Positions 17,063 through 24,497 of a stretch of DNA of 64,000 nucleotides are shown piece by piece. The notes below the pieces were generated by a model that was not told the origin of the DNA, did no database searches, and saw nothing but the letters and a program-made list of their open reading frames with translations. The number at the start of each line of letters is the position of its first letter. Position 1 is the stretch's first letter. The position numbers were made by a program, and so were the translations under genes. This DNA comes from a virus, in the IMG/VR virus record IMGVR_UViG_3300008450_000020, positions 9,622-73,621 of that record, one strand, 5' to 3'.

Positions 17063-17443
17063 TTATTCCTGTTGTATATCTAATTTAATGCCTAGTAAAT
17101 TCAATAAAGATATATGTATATCAGGGATGTCTTTTGTTTCACGAATATACGTGTACATACGTCCAAAGGCATTAGCAATAGCATTAGTTTTGATAGCGAA
17201 TCCTGAAGGAGAAATAAATAAAGTATCAGGAGGGTATAAAATAGATACGTCAATACACTCATTAGGATTCATCACCGCGTTATACATGTGAACACCGTGC
17301 CCAATCATAGGTAATTGATCGGGTTCTATCACAATGATGAATTTAGTGTCTCCCCCAATTGGATTATCAAGACTTGGGATAACATCTAAAATAATTAAGT
17401 TTTCCTTGAATTCTTCAAGAAATTTGACAGGTGTTTCTAACAT
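17063..17443 (-). CDS. Array member 8
   Basis: Likely start MLETPVKF (AAGGA RBS); ends KDIPDIHISLLNLLGIKLD; paralogue of 17710 and 18065 genes. Confidence 0.8.
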   Translation of the reverse strand: MLETPVKFLEEFKENLIILDVIPSLDNPIGGDTKFIIVIEPDQLPMIGHGVHMYNAVMNPNECIDVSILYPPDTLFISPSGFAIKTNAIANAFGRMYTYIRETKDIPDIHISLLNLLGIKLDIQQE

Positions 17444-17453
17444 AATTTTCCTT

Positions 17454-17735
17454 TTATAAATCAAGAAGTTTAATGATATTTTTGATGTTGTCTGGAACAT
17501 GTAATGCTTGTACGTGTGACCATCTGTAAATGTAAGTAACCTCTGCATTCTTACCTAAAGAAGATATTCGTTTACTTGGGTAATAAGCTCTGCACCCTAC
17601 ATCAACATCAAACAACCATTGATCTTTATTGGTTGCTCTTGGTGTTCTAGATTCATTGATTAATGTAACTGCCATATTCTCATCGATGATTACAAATCGA
17701 GTGTCTTTATTATTCAAGATCAAGCTCCAATCCAA
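17454..17735 (-). CDS. Array member 7
   Basis: Ends WSHVQALHVPDNIKNIIKLLDL; start uncertain. Confidence 0.75.
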   Translation of the reverse strand: MDWSLILNNKDTRFVIIDENMAVTLINESRTPRATNKDQWLFDVDVGCRAYYPSKRISSLGKNAEVTYIYRWSHVQALHVPDNIKNIIKLLDL

Positions 17736-18081
17736 GTAAGGAAATCATTGCTCTGTTTTCTGCAGAAACATATTCAAAATAATCTGCTTGAGTCCAGATC
17801 TCTGTCCAATGTTCTTCTGTTTCTTTATACACACGCATAACAAAACCATATCCATTAATGAATACAGTGTCTTCTGGAAATAAGATAGAGATATCAATAT
17901 ACTTATTTTGACTGGGGTTAAATAAAGCGTCATACATCGATTCAGAATTACTGAATCTAACTGGTTCATTTGGCTCAAATACCATAAAGAAAAATTCACC
18001 TATTTCAGAACACTTAAGAAGTAAGTCTTCTTTAAAGTATTCAAGCGTTCTATAAATTTTACGGTCAGTCATTTTCATCAC
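17710..18081 (-). CDS. Array member 6
   Basis: FKEDLLL..VFEPNEP..MYDALFNP..DISILFPEDTVF; ends YVSAENRAMISLLGLELD. Confidence 0.8.
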   Translation of the reverse strand: MMKMTDRKIYRTLEYFKEDLLLKCSEIGEFFFMVFEPNEPVRFSNSESMYDALFNPSQNKYIDISILFPEDTVFINGYGFVMRVYKETEEHWTEIWTQADYFEYVSAENRAMISLLGLELDLE

Positions 18082-18424
18082 TCCGTTGAAATGATATGTT
18101 TAATAAAGACAAGGTTGCTTTAATTTGAGGAGGTAACTCCTTTAGCTTTTTAAGTGCTCTCCATTCACCACAAACAACCTTCATTGCATAAGGGAATCTA
18201 CTATCTACTCCACTAAAGAAATATGTACCACTTGGGTAACGAATACTCATGTCATAAGTAGGATCATCATTACCAAATATTGCGTAATATTGTTCTTCAG
18301 TATTACCAAATACAGGGGGTTTATTTGGTTCAAAGACGATTAAAAAATGCTGAGATCTCTCATCTGGAAATTGAATAAGTAAATCTCTCTTAAAGTGATT
18401 AAAACAGTTATACGTAAATTTCAT
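18065..18424 (-). CDS. Array member 5
   Basis: FKRDLLI..IVFEPNKP..DMSIRYPSGTYF; WRALKKLKELPPQIKATLSLLNI. Confidence 0.8.
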   Translation of the reverse strand: MKFTYNCFNHFKRDLLIQFPDERSQHFLIVFEPNKPPVFGNTEEQYYAIFGNDDPTYDMSIRYPSGTYFFSGVDSRFPYAMKVVCGEWRALKKLKELPPQIKATLSLLNISFQRSDEND

Positions 18425-18441
18425 AATCTTCCTTATGTGAG

Positions 18442-18708
18442 TTATTTAAGCAAAGCAAGTAATGCTTTGTATTCAGGGTTGATATACCTGTCTGGTAATA
18501 CTTGAGTTCGTGAATTAGATTTCACACCAATCCAGCTATTATTTCTGAAGCAGAAATATAAATCACCGGCTTGAATAGGCGAGTAACTTCCTCTTGCTAC
18601 TCCATAAAGCAAATAGGGTTCTCTTCCATTACAAGGAATAATTAGCTTTTTGAATTTAGGATCTAATGGAGGAGAATTTTCATATTCTCCATTGTCAATA
18701 ATTACCAT
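18442..18708 (-). CDS. Array member 4
   Basis: Ends YINPEYKALLALLK. Confidence 0.8.
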   Translation of the reverse strand: MVIIDNGEYENSPPLDPKFKKLIIPCNGREPYLLYGVARGSYSPIQAGDLYFCFRNNSWIGVKSNSRTQVLPDRYINPEYKALLALLK

Positions 18709-18986
18709 ACGGTCCCCTCTATAAAATTTAATGGGTGTTCTGGAAGACCCCCCACATACAAAGTTAAAAATGCTTTTATATGTTCAGGGAATTCTTTAAC
18801 AGGATTCTCTATGAAGTAATAAAATACATCTCCATCGGAATACCAAATAGTATAAAAAGGTTTTTTATCGTCACCAAAACTATCCCATTCAGTACTAATA
18901 GGTTTATTTAGTGTGGTCATACCACAAGGAATGGTCATCATTTTAGTGAGATCATCTGTTATACGTATTTTACGAATGTTTTGCAT
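18702..18986 (-). CDS. Array member 3
   Basis: KEFPEHIKAFLTLYVG near the C-terminus. Confidence 0.8.
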   Translation of the reverse strand: MQNIRKIRITDDLTKMMTIPCGMTTLNKPISTEWDSFGDDKKPFYTIWYSDGDVFYYFIENPVKEFPEHIKAFLTLYVGGLPEHPLNFIEGTVW

Positions 18987-18995
18987 GTAGTATCC

Positions 18996-19307
18996 TTAAG
19001 GAAAATATGAAGATAGTTCATTAAATTGTGCAGTAGTTATTGCACCTATTAAGAATAAATAATTTTTGAAGATTTCAGGAACTTCTTTGGGAGATATAAC
19101 GCTTCTTTTAGAAGTGAAATTACTTAAAGTAATTCTTTCATTCTCTTTGAAGGCATAATAAATAATCCCTGCACTTGTGTAACCAACAGTAAGATTTTCT
19201 ATAGCTCTATAATCTCTTGTACCTGACCCATGCACAAGGATTTCAAACCTATCTTCAAGCACTCCCTTATCTATTTGCTGTGGTACATAAACATAAAATT
19301 TAAACAT
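18996..19307 (-). CDS. Array member 2
   Basis: KFYVYVPQQ...GIIYYAF...PKEVPEIFKNYLFLIG; paralogue of 19311..19619. Confidence 0.8.
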   Translation of the reverse strand: MFKFYVYVPQQIDKGVLEDRFEILVHGSGTRDYRAIENLTVGYTSAGIIYYAFKENERITLSNFTSKRSVISPKEVPEIFKNYLFLIGAITTAQFNELSSYFP

Positions 19308-19310
19308 ACA

Positions 19311-19619
19311 TTATCCTTCAATATTTCTAACACGTTTATTAATGTAATCAAGATCCTCTTTGTTTAACTCCCCTAGTAACAATAAATAGTTTATGAAAAC
19401 TTCTGGGAAATACTTAGGAAGCAAAGTCTTTCTATTAGCAGAAAATGAGTATTCACCAGCAGGTGTAGAATTGAGAAAACAATAATAATCAATACCTTCT
19501 GCAACTAATTCATTTGTGACTTGATAAAGAGATTTTGGGTCATTCATGTCGAGTGAGTAATCAATAGTAAAATAGTGTTCTTGGCTTGGTATGTAAACGT
19601 AATACTTAAGATTGCTCAT
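19311..19619 (-). CDS. Array member 1
   Basis: KYYVYIPSQ...GIDYYCF...PKYFPEVFINYLLLLG; start overlaps the RNAP subunit A stop. Confidence 0.8.
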   Translation of the reverse strand: MSNLKYYVYIPSQEHYFTIDYSLDMNDPKSLYQVTNELVAEGIDYYCFLNSTPAGEYSFSANRKTLLPKYFPEVFINYLLLLGELNKEDLDYINKRVRNIEG

Positions 19620-20545
19620 ATAAATACTCCATCAATGTATTCTTCCTTATGCAATTCAATCATTGCTTTCTTGAATGCAGTCCCTTGTGGATTAATGTGA
19701 TAGCCTTGAGAGTAAATTCTTCCTCTCTTATCTACCTTGTGAGTTAAATGAAATTGGTTATCTTGTTCTGCAATGAGGCTGTAGAAGCGATAACTAATCT
19801 CTTTGTGTTTCTTCCATTGGTTTCGTTTATCTGGAGTATCCAAAGTAAATGTAGGATCTTCAGATACCTTACAAAGGAACTCTGTACATAACTTCAATTT
19901 CACTTGGTTCATCGTATTGAGAACATCAATACAGATATCCCCATTGTGATGATTGTGGGGGCCTAGGATCAATGAATCATCATGAGTGAGATAACCACTC
20001 GAATAATTATTGATGAGCTGTCTAGGCTCACAAACCATGGGTGGAAGATATTGTGTATTTTCGATGAAACCTACAAGTTCTTCTGAGATAGGGATTCTTG
20101 AGACAATAACCAAGGAAGCATACTTATTCATTTTAAGAATATCGAATGCATCTGTGGAACATAGAACTGCTACTAGCTCTGCAACAGTTTTAATACTGTC
20201 TGCCTTGTCACTGAATTTGAGTCTTCCTGCCAACTCACCAGTGATACTGGTAAACAGCTCAGGTGTTTGGCAATAAGAAATACCAACATAAATATCAATC
20301 ACAAGCTCTCTAATATTCAAGGGTTTCAATTGCGCTACACGAGCATTCTTTGATTTGTATGAATAAGTCTTACTCATATAATCTTTGATTGCTTGTACAC
20401 CTTCATCAATCTTACCAATCATAAATGTATTACTAAGAATCTCTTTTCTAATTTTCTGGTCAATATGCTTTCTGTTATAACGAAGTTCAGTCCATTCTTG
20501 ACGGACGACATTGAGCATTGGCTCATAGGAAGTATCCTGATCCAT
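19616..20545 (-). CDS. RNA polymerase II subunit A (N4 gp15-like)
   Basis: YLPPMVCEP, SGYLT..DSLILG, THKVDKRGRIYSQGYHINPQG (DxxGR motif). Confidence 0.93.
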   Translation of the reverse strand: MDQDTSYEPMLNVVRQEWTELRYNRKHIDQKIRKEILSNTFMIGKIDEGVQAIKDYMSKTYSYKSKNARVAQLKPLNIRELVIDIYVGISYCQTPELFTSITGELAGRLKFSDKADSIKTVAELVAVLCSTDAFDILKMNKYASLVIVSRIPISEELVGFIENTQYLPPMVCEPRQLINNYSSGYLTHDDSLILGPHNHHNGDICIDVLNTMNQVKLKLCTEFLCKVSEDPTFTLDTPDKRNQWKKHKEISYRFYSLIAEQDNQFHLTHKVDKRGRIYSQGYHINPQGTAFKKAMIELHKEEYIDGVFI

Positions 20546-20575
20546 ATTAATAAAATCCTTGATTATCTTACTGAG

Positions 20576-20615
20576 AAAAAAAGAGTTACTTACCCTTGGA
20601 TAACCAAAGGTAAGT
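20576..20615 (-). terminator. Intrinsic terminator
   Basis: ACTTACCCTTGG-ATAA-CCAAAGGTAAGT with A-run on the left. Confidence 0.6.
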
Positions 20616-20624
20616 TATTTGAGT

Positions 20625-20912
20625 TTAAATTTGAGACTTTAATTCTTTGATGACTGCATCACGTTCTTCGATTGTGATTTGCCTTGCTATATGATATTTC
20701 ATATAAGCTATGTAAGCTATATCGATTAATGTACTAATACGTTCATGATTGGGTGAGCCACTCAATAAACGCATGTGTAAAAGTTCATCATCAATATTTT
20801 TATTGATTACAAATTCATCTGAACCTTCACACATGGACAGGTATTTCCAGTTCAACTGATTCATAAGATTAATTGCAATATCAAAGTTGTTTTTAACTGT
20901 TGGCTTATTCAT
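20625..20912 (-). CDS. Early hypothetical protein
   Basis: 95 aa, AGGA RBS, directly downstream of a vRNAP-type promoter. Confidence 0.75.
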   Translation of the reverse strand: MNKPTVKNNFDIAINLMNQLNWKYLSMCEGSDEFVINKNIDDELLHMRLLSGSPNHERISTLIDIAYIAYMKYHIARQITIEERDAVIKELKSQI

Positions 20913-20954
20913 CTGGTTTCCTATCTAATTAAATGAGTTATTGAACCCAGTCAT

Positions 20955-20976
20955 CCTAGCGCACGGAGTACGCTAG
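20955..20976 (-). promoter_or_regulatory. vRNAP hairpin promoter (template = + strand)
   Basis: CTAGCGCAC-GGA-GTACGCTAG; C-GGA-G loop as in N4 P2; C at +1 (20955), 11 nt from the loop centre. Confidence 0.7.
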
Positions 20977-20991
20977 TGAAGATTGATCAAC

Positions 20992-21507
20992 TTATGGTGT
21001 AAAGGTATAACAGGTGAACCGATCATTCAGTATCTTTTCAAGCACCGGTTTGACGACAGTCCACTCTAACTCACCAGCACCACAGCCCGGCCTAGGCAGG
21101 ATTACATTATTCCAACCAAAGGCATCAGTAAGCTTTACCAATTGTTCAGCAGACTGCTTGATAATTTTAAGTTCTGCTTTAGCATGAAAGCCTGGTACAG
21201 TTTCACCAATGGCATAACTATTTTGGACATGGCTTACAATATTATTCCCTTGGTTTACTGTATAAATAGGTTTAACAGGAAATGCAATCAATTGAATATT
21301 GTTGTATTCCATAATGATCTGAGTGACATTACCATTCTTCAACATGAGCTTACCTAGTGTGTTATGTATGTCTGGGATAGCACGAGCTATACTCAATGCA
21401 ATACCTCTACCCATAACTGCAGTACCCTTGCTAGTAACAAATCCATTTGTTGTGACACATAAAGCATCACAATCAACATGCAACATATTTCCAAATGCTT
21501 CTTTCAT
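20992..21507 (-). CDS. Macro domain (ADP-ribose binding/hydrolase-like) protein
   Basis: Likely start MKEAFGNML (GGAG RBS); DALCVTTNG...VMGRGIA, FPVK, LPRPGCGAGELEW. Confidence 0.85.
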   Translation of the reverse strand: MKEAFGNMLHVDCDALCVTTNGFVTSKGTAVMGRGIALSIARAIPDIHNTLGKLMLKNGNVTQIIMEYNNIQLIAFPVKPIYTVNQGNNIVSHVQNSYAIGETVPGFHAKAELKIIKQSAEQLVKLTDAFGWNNVILPRPGCGAGELEWTVVKPVLEKILNDRFTCYTFTP

Positions 21508-21533
21508 TTTTAACTCCTGTTTATCTTTAATAA

Positions 21534-21572
21534 GAAAAATAAAGCTCATCATCCAATAAGGATAATGAGCTT
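21534..21572 (-). terminator. Intrinsic terminator after gp2-like gene
   Basis: AAGCTCATCATCC/GGATAATGAGCTT stem with A-run on the left. Confidence 0.7.
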
Positions 21573-21580
21573 CTTTGAGA

Positions 21581-21865
21581 TTACAGACCGAAGCCTGGGA
21601 GAGCAAACTCTGCCGGAGCAGAATTGACTGCCGTGTATTCCAAGATCAACGCAGAGAGCAAGATCGCTACGTTATTCTCGTCTGCGTCTAGCCACTCACG
21701 TAAGTGTTTCTGATCTATGTTGGAATCTTTTAAACCGATTGCACCCAACTTTTTACGACTACCATCCTTCTTTGGGATGTAGAAATTCAAATAACCGGTT
21801 GGGTTATCTTTTACTGCATTTGCATTGTTACCAGAATCAGATTGATTGTCTTTGTTAAAGGCCAT
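21581..21865 (-). CDS. N4 gp2/Drc-like ssDNA-binding RNAP II coactivator
   Basis: MAFNK...GYLNFYIPKKDGSRKKLGAIGLKDS signature; early position. Confidence 0.85.
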   Translation of the reverse strand: MAFNKDNQSDSGNNANAVKDNPTGYLNFYIPKKDGSRKKLGAIGLKDSNIDQKHLREWLDADENNVAILLSALILEYTAVNSAPAEFALPGFGL

Positions 21866-21916
21866 GATAAAACTCCATTGAAATAATTAAAGGGAAAAGG
21901 GATATATTAGAAATCC

Positions 21917-21932
21917 CCAATTAGGCGAAGCC
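21917..21932 (-). promoter_or_regulatory. vRNAP hairpin promoter
   Basis: C-CAATTA-GGC-GAA-GCC; +1 C at 21917, 11 nt from the loop centre. Confidence 0.75.
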
Positions 21933-21973
21933 ATAACAGCAACGCCTCAACAACACGGGAACGCAGTGACCTA

Positions 21974-22189
21974 CTAGCTTAAGATAAACAAATAAGACAG
22001 TAGCCACACCACAAAGCTAATGATTGCAGCAGTAACCATAATTAAACCCACTCGTACATATAACTGGTTTGGATTAAGGATGAAGTATCGCTTACGGTAT
22101 GCCTGTTCAGCAAACCACTCAGCTACAAAGTAACCAACCAATATTGGTATGGCTACCAATAGTCCAACAAGAGCATGATAGATATGCAT
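21974..22189 (-). CDS. Early two-TM membrane protein
   Basis: 71 aa with two hydrophobic segments. Confidence 0.7.
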   Translation of the reverse strand: MHIYHALVGLLVAIPILVGYFVAEWFAEQAYRKRYFILNPNQLYVRVGLIMVTAAIISFVVWLLSYLFILS

Positions 22190-22196
22190 ATATCAC

Positions 22197-22427
22197 CTAT
22201 ATAAAGTAAAACACTGTTGATCCAATAACCCATACAACTACTATTAAGAAGTTATGTATTGGGAAGTTCTTTAATATATATGCACAACAATGAACAATCT
22301 TCTGTGCATGAGATAATTCAGTATTCTGATCTAGTTTAAGAATATGGTTATCTACAGCCCGTTTAAAAGCAATGATCATCCATATACTAATGAAGATCAT
22401 TACAGCTAAATAGATTACTATTTTCAT
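22197..22427 (-). CDS. Early two-TM membrane protein
   Basis: 76 aa, GGAG RBS, two hydrophobic segments. Confidence 0.7.
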   Translation of the reverse strand: MKIVIYLAVMIFISIWMIIAFKRAVDNHILKLDQNTELSHAQKIVHCCAYILKNFPIHNFLIVVVWVIGSTVFYFI

Positions 22428-22451
22428 TTGAATCTCCTAGGGTAACTACGA

Positions 22452-22658
22452 TTAAAAGAAAGCTTGAATAAAATATTCTGTGCCTTCAGAGAAATAGATA
22501 CTCTTGATACCCTTACCCAGTAAGGTAGCAGCACCAATAATTGCTGAACTACGGTCATGTACGCTCCATGTAATATGACTAGCGGAAAATTGCATTACTT
22601 CTTTGGCTTCATCTTCGAGAAGCACACACACGTTTATTGAACTGGTATTCATATTCAT
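22452..22658 (-). CDS. Early hypothetical protein
   Basis: 68 aa, coupled to the upstream gene. Confidence 0.65.
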   Translation of the reverse strand: MNMNTSSINVCVLLEDEAKEVMQFSASHITWSVHDRSSAIIGAATLLGKGIKSIYFSEGTEYFIQAFF

Positions 22659-23017
22659 TCTGTGAATCCTTTAATAGCTTCAGAGTACATAGTGATTTGA
22701 TCCTCAAGCATCTGCAACACCAAAGGATTAGTTGTCGTAGGTTTGAGATTCATTACATGCTCCAATTCACCTGTAAAGAATTGAATAGCATCCTTTTGAC
22801 GTTTGATTAGCAAGAACACATCATAGAATTTCTCAAGAGGGAAACAGGCATCAAACTGTTCTTTATCTTGAGAATTTGTAATAGAAGATCTCCATAACAG
22901 GAGTTGCTTCATAGTGATACCGATACCAAACACACTAGAGTGCAAGAATTTAGATTCGCTCCTCATAGTTTGCTTCATAAATTGATCATCATTCCACATA
23001 ACTGTATATATATTCAT
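22655..23017 (-). CDS. Early hypothetical protein
   Basis: 120 aa, AAGGAG RBS. Confidence 0.75.
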   Translation of the reverse strand: MNIYTVMWNDDQFMKQTMRSESKFLHSSVFGIGITMKQLLLWRSSITNSQDKEQFDACFPLEKFYDVFLLIKRQKDAIQFFTGELEHVMNLKPTTTNPLVLQMLEDQITMYSEAIKGFTE

Positions 23018-23231
23018 TTTAATAACTCCTTAAGGTCGAGCATAGTTAATAGAAGTATTGAGATGAACTCAATAAACTTCTACAAGGGATAGGTATAACA
23101 AGAGGATAGTTTGAGGAAGTACTAAAGAAGTACTAGTAAACTACTTAGAAGGAAGCAGTATTCACAGGAATATATAGATTCATTAGTAAAGTACTAACAG
23201 AATTATATATCGGGAATATATCGGAATGCTT

Positions 23232-23247
23232 CATGTTAAGCGAAGCT
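23232..23247 (-). promoter_or_regulatory. vRNAP hairpin promoter
   Basis: C-ATGTTA-AGC-GAA-GCT; +1 C at 23232. Confidence 0.75.
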
Positions 23248-23687
23248 AGTGAAGGAGGAAAGTAAAGAAGTATTGAGAAGAGAGAGATAATGAATGAGAG
23301 TAGTAAATGTAAACTAAAACTATGAACTAGTACTCATATTTAACTATCTTCTACAACCTTATTATATAAATTCTCTTATATATAAATTCTCTTATTAAGA
23401 TCTATTATCTTATATAGATATATTAATATATTTCAGGGTTTATGGTCTTTAAGAAAGAATAAATAATTATATAAGAGCATTCTACATAATCATTTATAAG
23501 AAAGAAGACTGAACAATACAGAACTTTACAATTAAAGGCAAATAGATTTTTCCTATTGAATGGAATTAGGCGATAGATTTTAACTATCACGAGTGAAGGA
23601 TTGATAAATTAATCTTACCTCTATGATTTCTATCTTGGATTTTTGTGTGAAGTTTGTGTGGGTTTGATCTTGATGTTTGTGTGAAGT

Positions 23688-23730
23688 AAAAGGTAAACCA
23701 TACCCGATATTCTGGATATGGTTTAAACCT
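23688..23730 (-). terminator. Terminator after first early gene
   Basis: AGGTAAACCATA...TATGGTTTAAACCT imperfect stem with A-run on the left. Confidence 0.6.
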
Positions 23731-23733
23731 GAT

Positions 23734-24051
23734 TTAAGCTACCTTCTTGGCTCTTGGCTTACGAGTAGCTGGTTTGGTACTAGGTAATGCAGGAACAGGC
23801 TTAGAACGTACTATAACTGGTTTGCTGGCTTCATAATGAGCACGAGCCTTATCAAGTTTCTCTTGTGATGCGAGGATACGTTCTTGTAAGTCATGTTGAT
23901 TGAGCTGCTGCTTGAACTCTTGCTCTGCCTTGAGAGAGACTGATGCTGCTTCTAAACCAAGGGCTGCATTGTTAGCTGAACGACCTACTGACTCCAAGGT
24001 AGAGAACCAGATAGTGATCATATTGAAGAACTGTTTAAACATTGCGAACAT
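23734..24051 (-). CDS. First early gene (N4 gp1-like position)
   Basis: 105 aa, AAGGAG RBS, amphipathic N-terminus and basic tail; directly downstream of two vRNAP promoters. Confidence 0.75.
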   Translation of the reverse strand: MFAMFKQFFNMITIWFSTLESVGRSANNAALGLEAASVSLKAEQEFKQQLNQHDLQERILASQEKLDKARAHYEASKPVIVRSKPVPALPSTKPATRKPRAKKVA

Positions 24052-24103
24052 GGTGATACTCCTTAAGGGTAAATGAATGAAGGTGCATGAGATCTACACA
24101 CAC

Positions 24104-24119
24104 CAAGTTATGCGAAGCA
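24104..24119 (-). promoter_or_regulatory. vRNAP hairpin promoter
   Basis: C-AAGTTA-TGC-GAA-GCA, very similar to N4 P1; +1 C at 24104. Confidence 0.8.
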
Positions 24120-24152
24120 CAGGACAGAGAACTGTGAGGTACGGTAAGACAC

Positions 24153-24168
24153 CAGATTAAGCGAAGCT
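24153..24168 (-). promoter_or_regulatory. vRNAP hairpin promoter
   Basis: C-AGATTA-AGC-GAA-GCT; +1 C at 24153. Confidence 0.75.
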
Positions 24169-24274
24169 CATGAGAGGTGGGGTAGGTAGGTAGGAAAACG
24201 TAAATAAACAAAAGGTAGGGGGGGATATTTGGAAATTTGAATGGGTGAAGGTAAGTCCTACCTCTATACCCAGA

Positions 24275-24348
24275 TTATAAAAATTACTAAAATCCAAAGT
24301 TGCTTTTTAGTAACTAACCGATTGCCCATTTTATAAAAATTACTAAAA
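24275..24348. repeat. 18-bp direct repeat pair with inverted half-site at the presumed genome terminus
   Basis: TTATAAAAATTACTAAAA at 24275-24292 and 24331-24348; TTTTAGTAA at 24305-24313. Confidence 0.75.
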
Positions 24349-24497
24349 GTTTTCTTGCAAAAATTATAATAATTTCCCTAAACCTTTGTTTATCTAAAAG
24401 ATAACACTACATACCTCTATTCAATTCCTCTTGTTTACTTGGTTTGGTTTACCATATACTCCCTATAAATTAACTTAACTTAGTCAGGAGAAGAATC

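Noticed and set aside
16252-19619. Resemblance of the array tail motif to the eukaryotic SOCS/Cul5 box (LPxxLKxYL)
   Set aside because: It is a short generic Pro-capped amphipathic helix with no BC-box or cullin context; kept only as an analogy, not as homology.
21955-21972. AC-GCA-GT mini-hairpin as a sixth vRNAP promoter
   Set aside because: The loop centre is C, the stem is 2 bp, and the predicted +1 (21953) is A rather than C.
23020-24497. tRNA genes or a CRISPR-like array in the long intergenic regions
   Set aside because: No cloverleaf or T-loop GTTCRA context found, and the repeats are irregular with no spacer periodicity.
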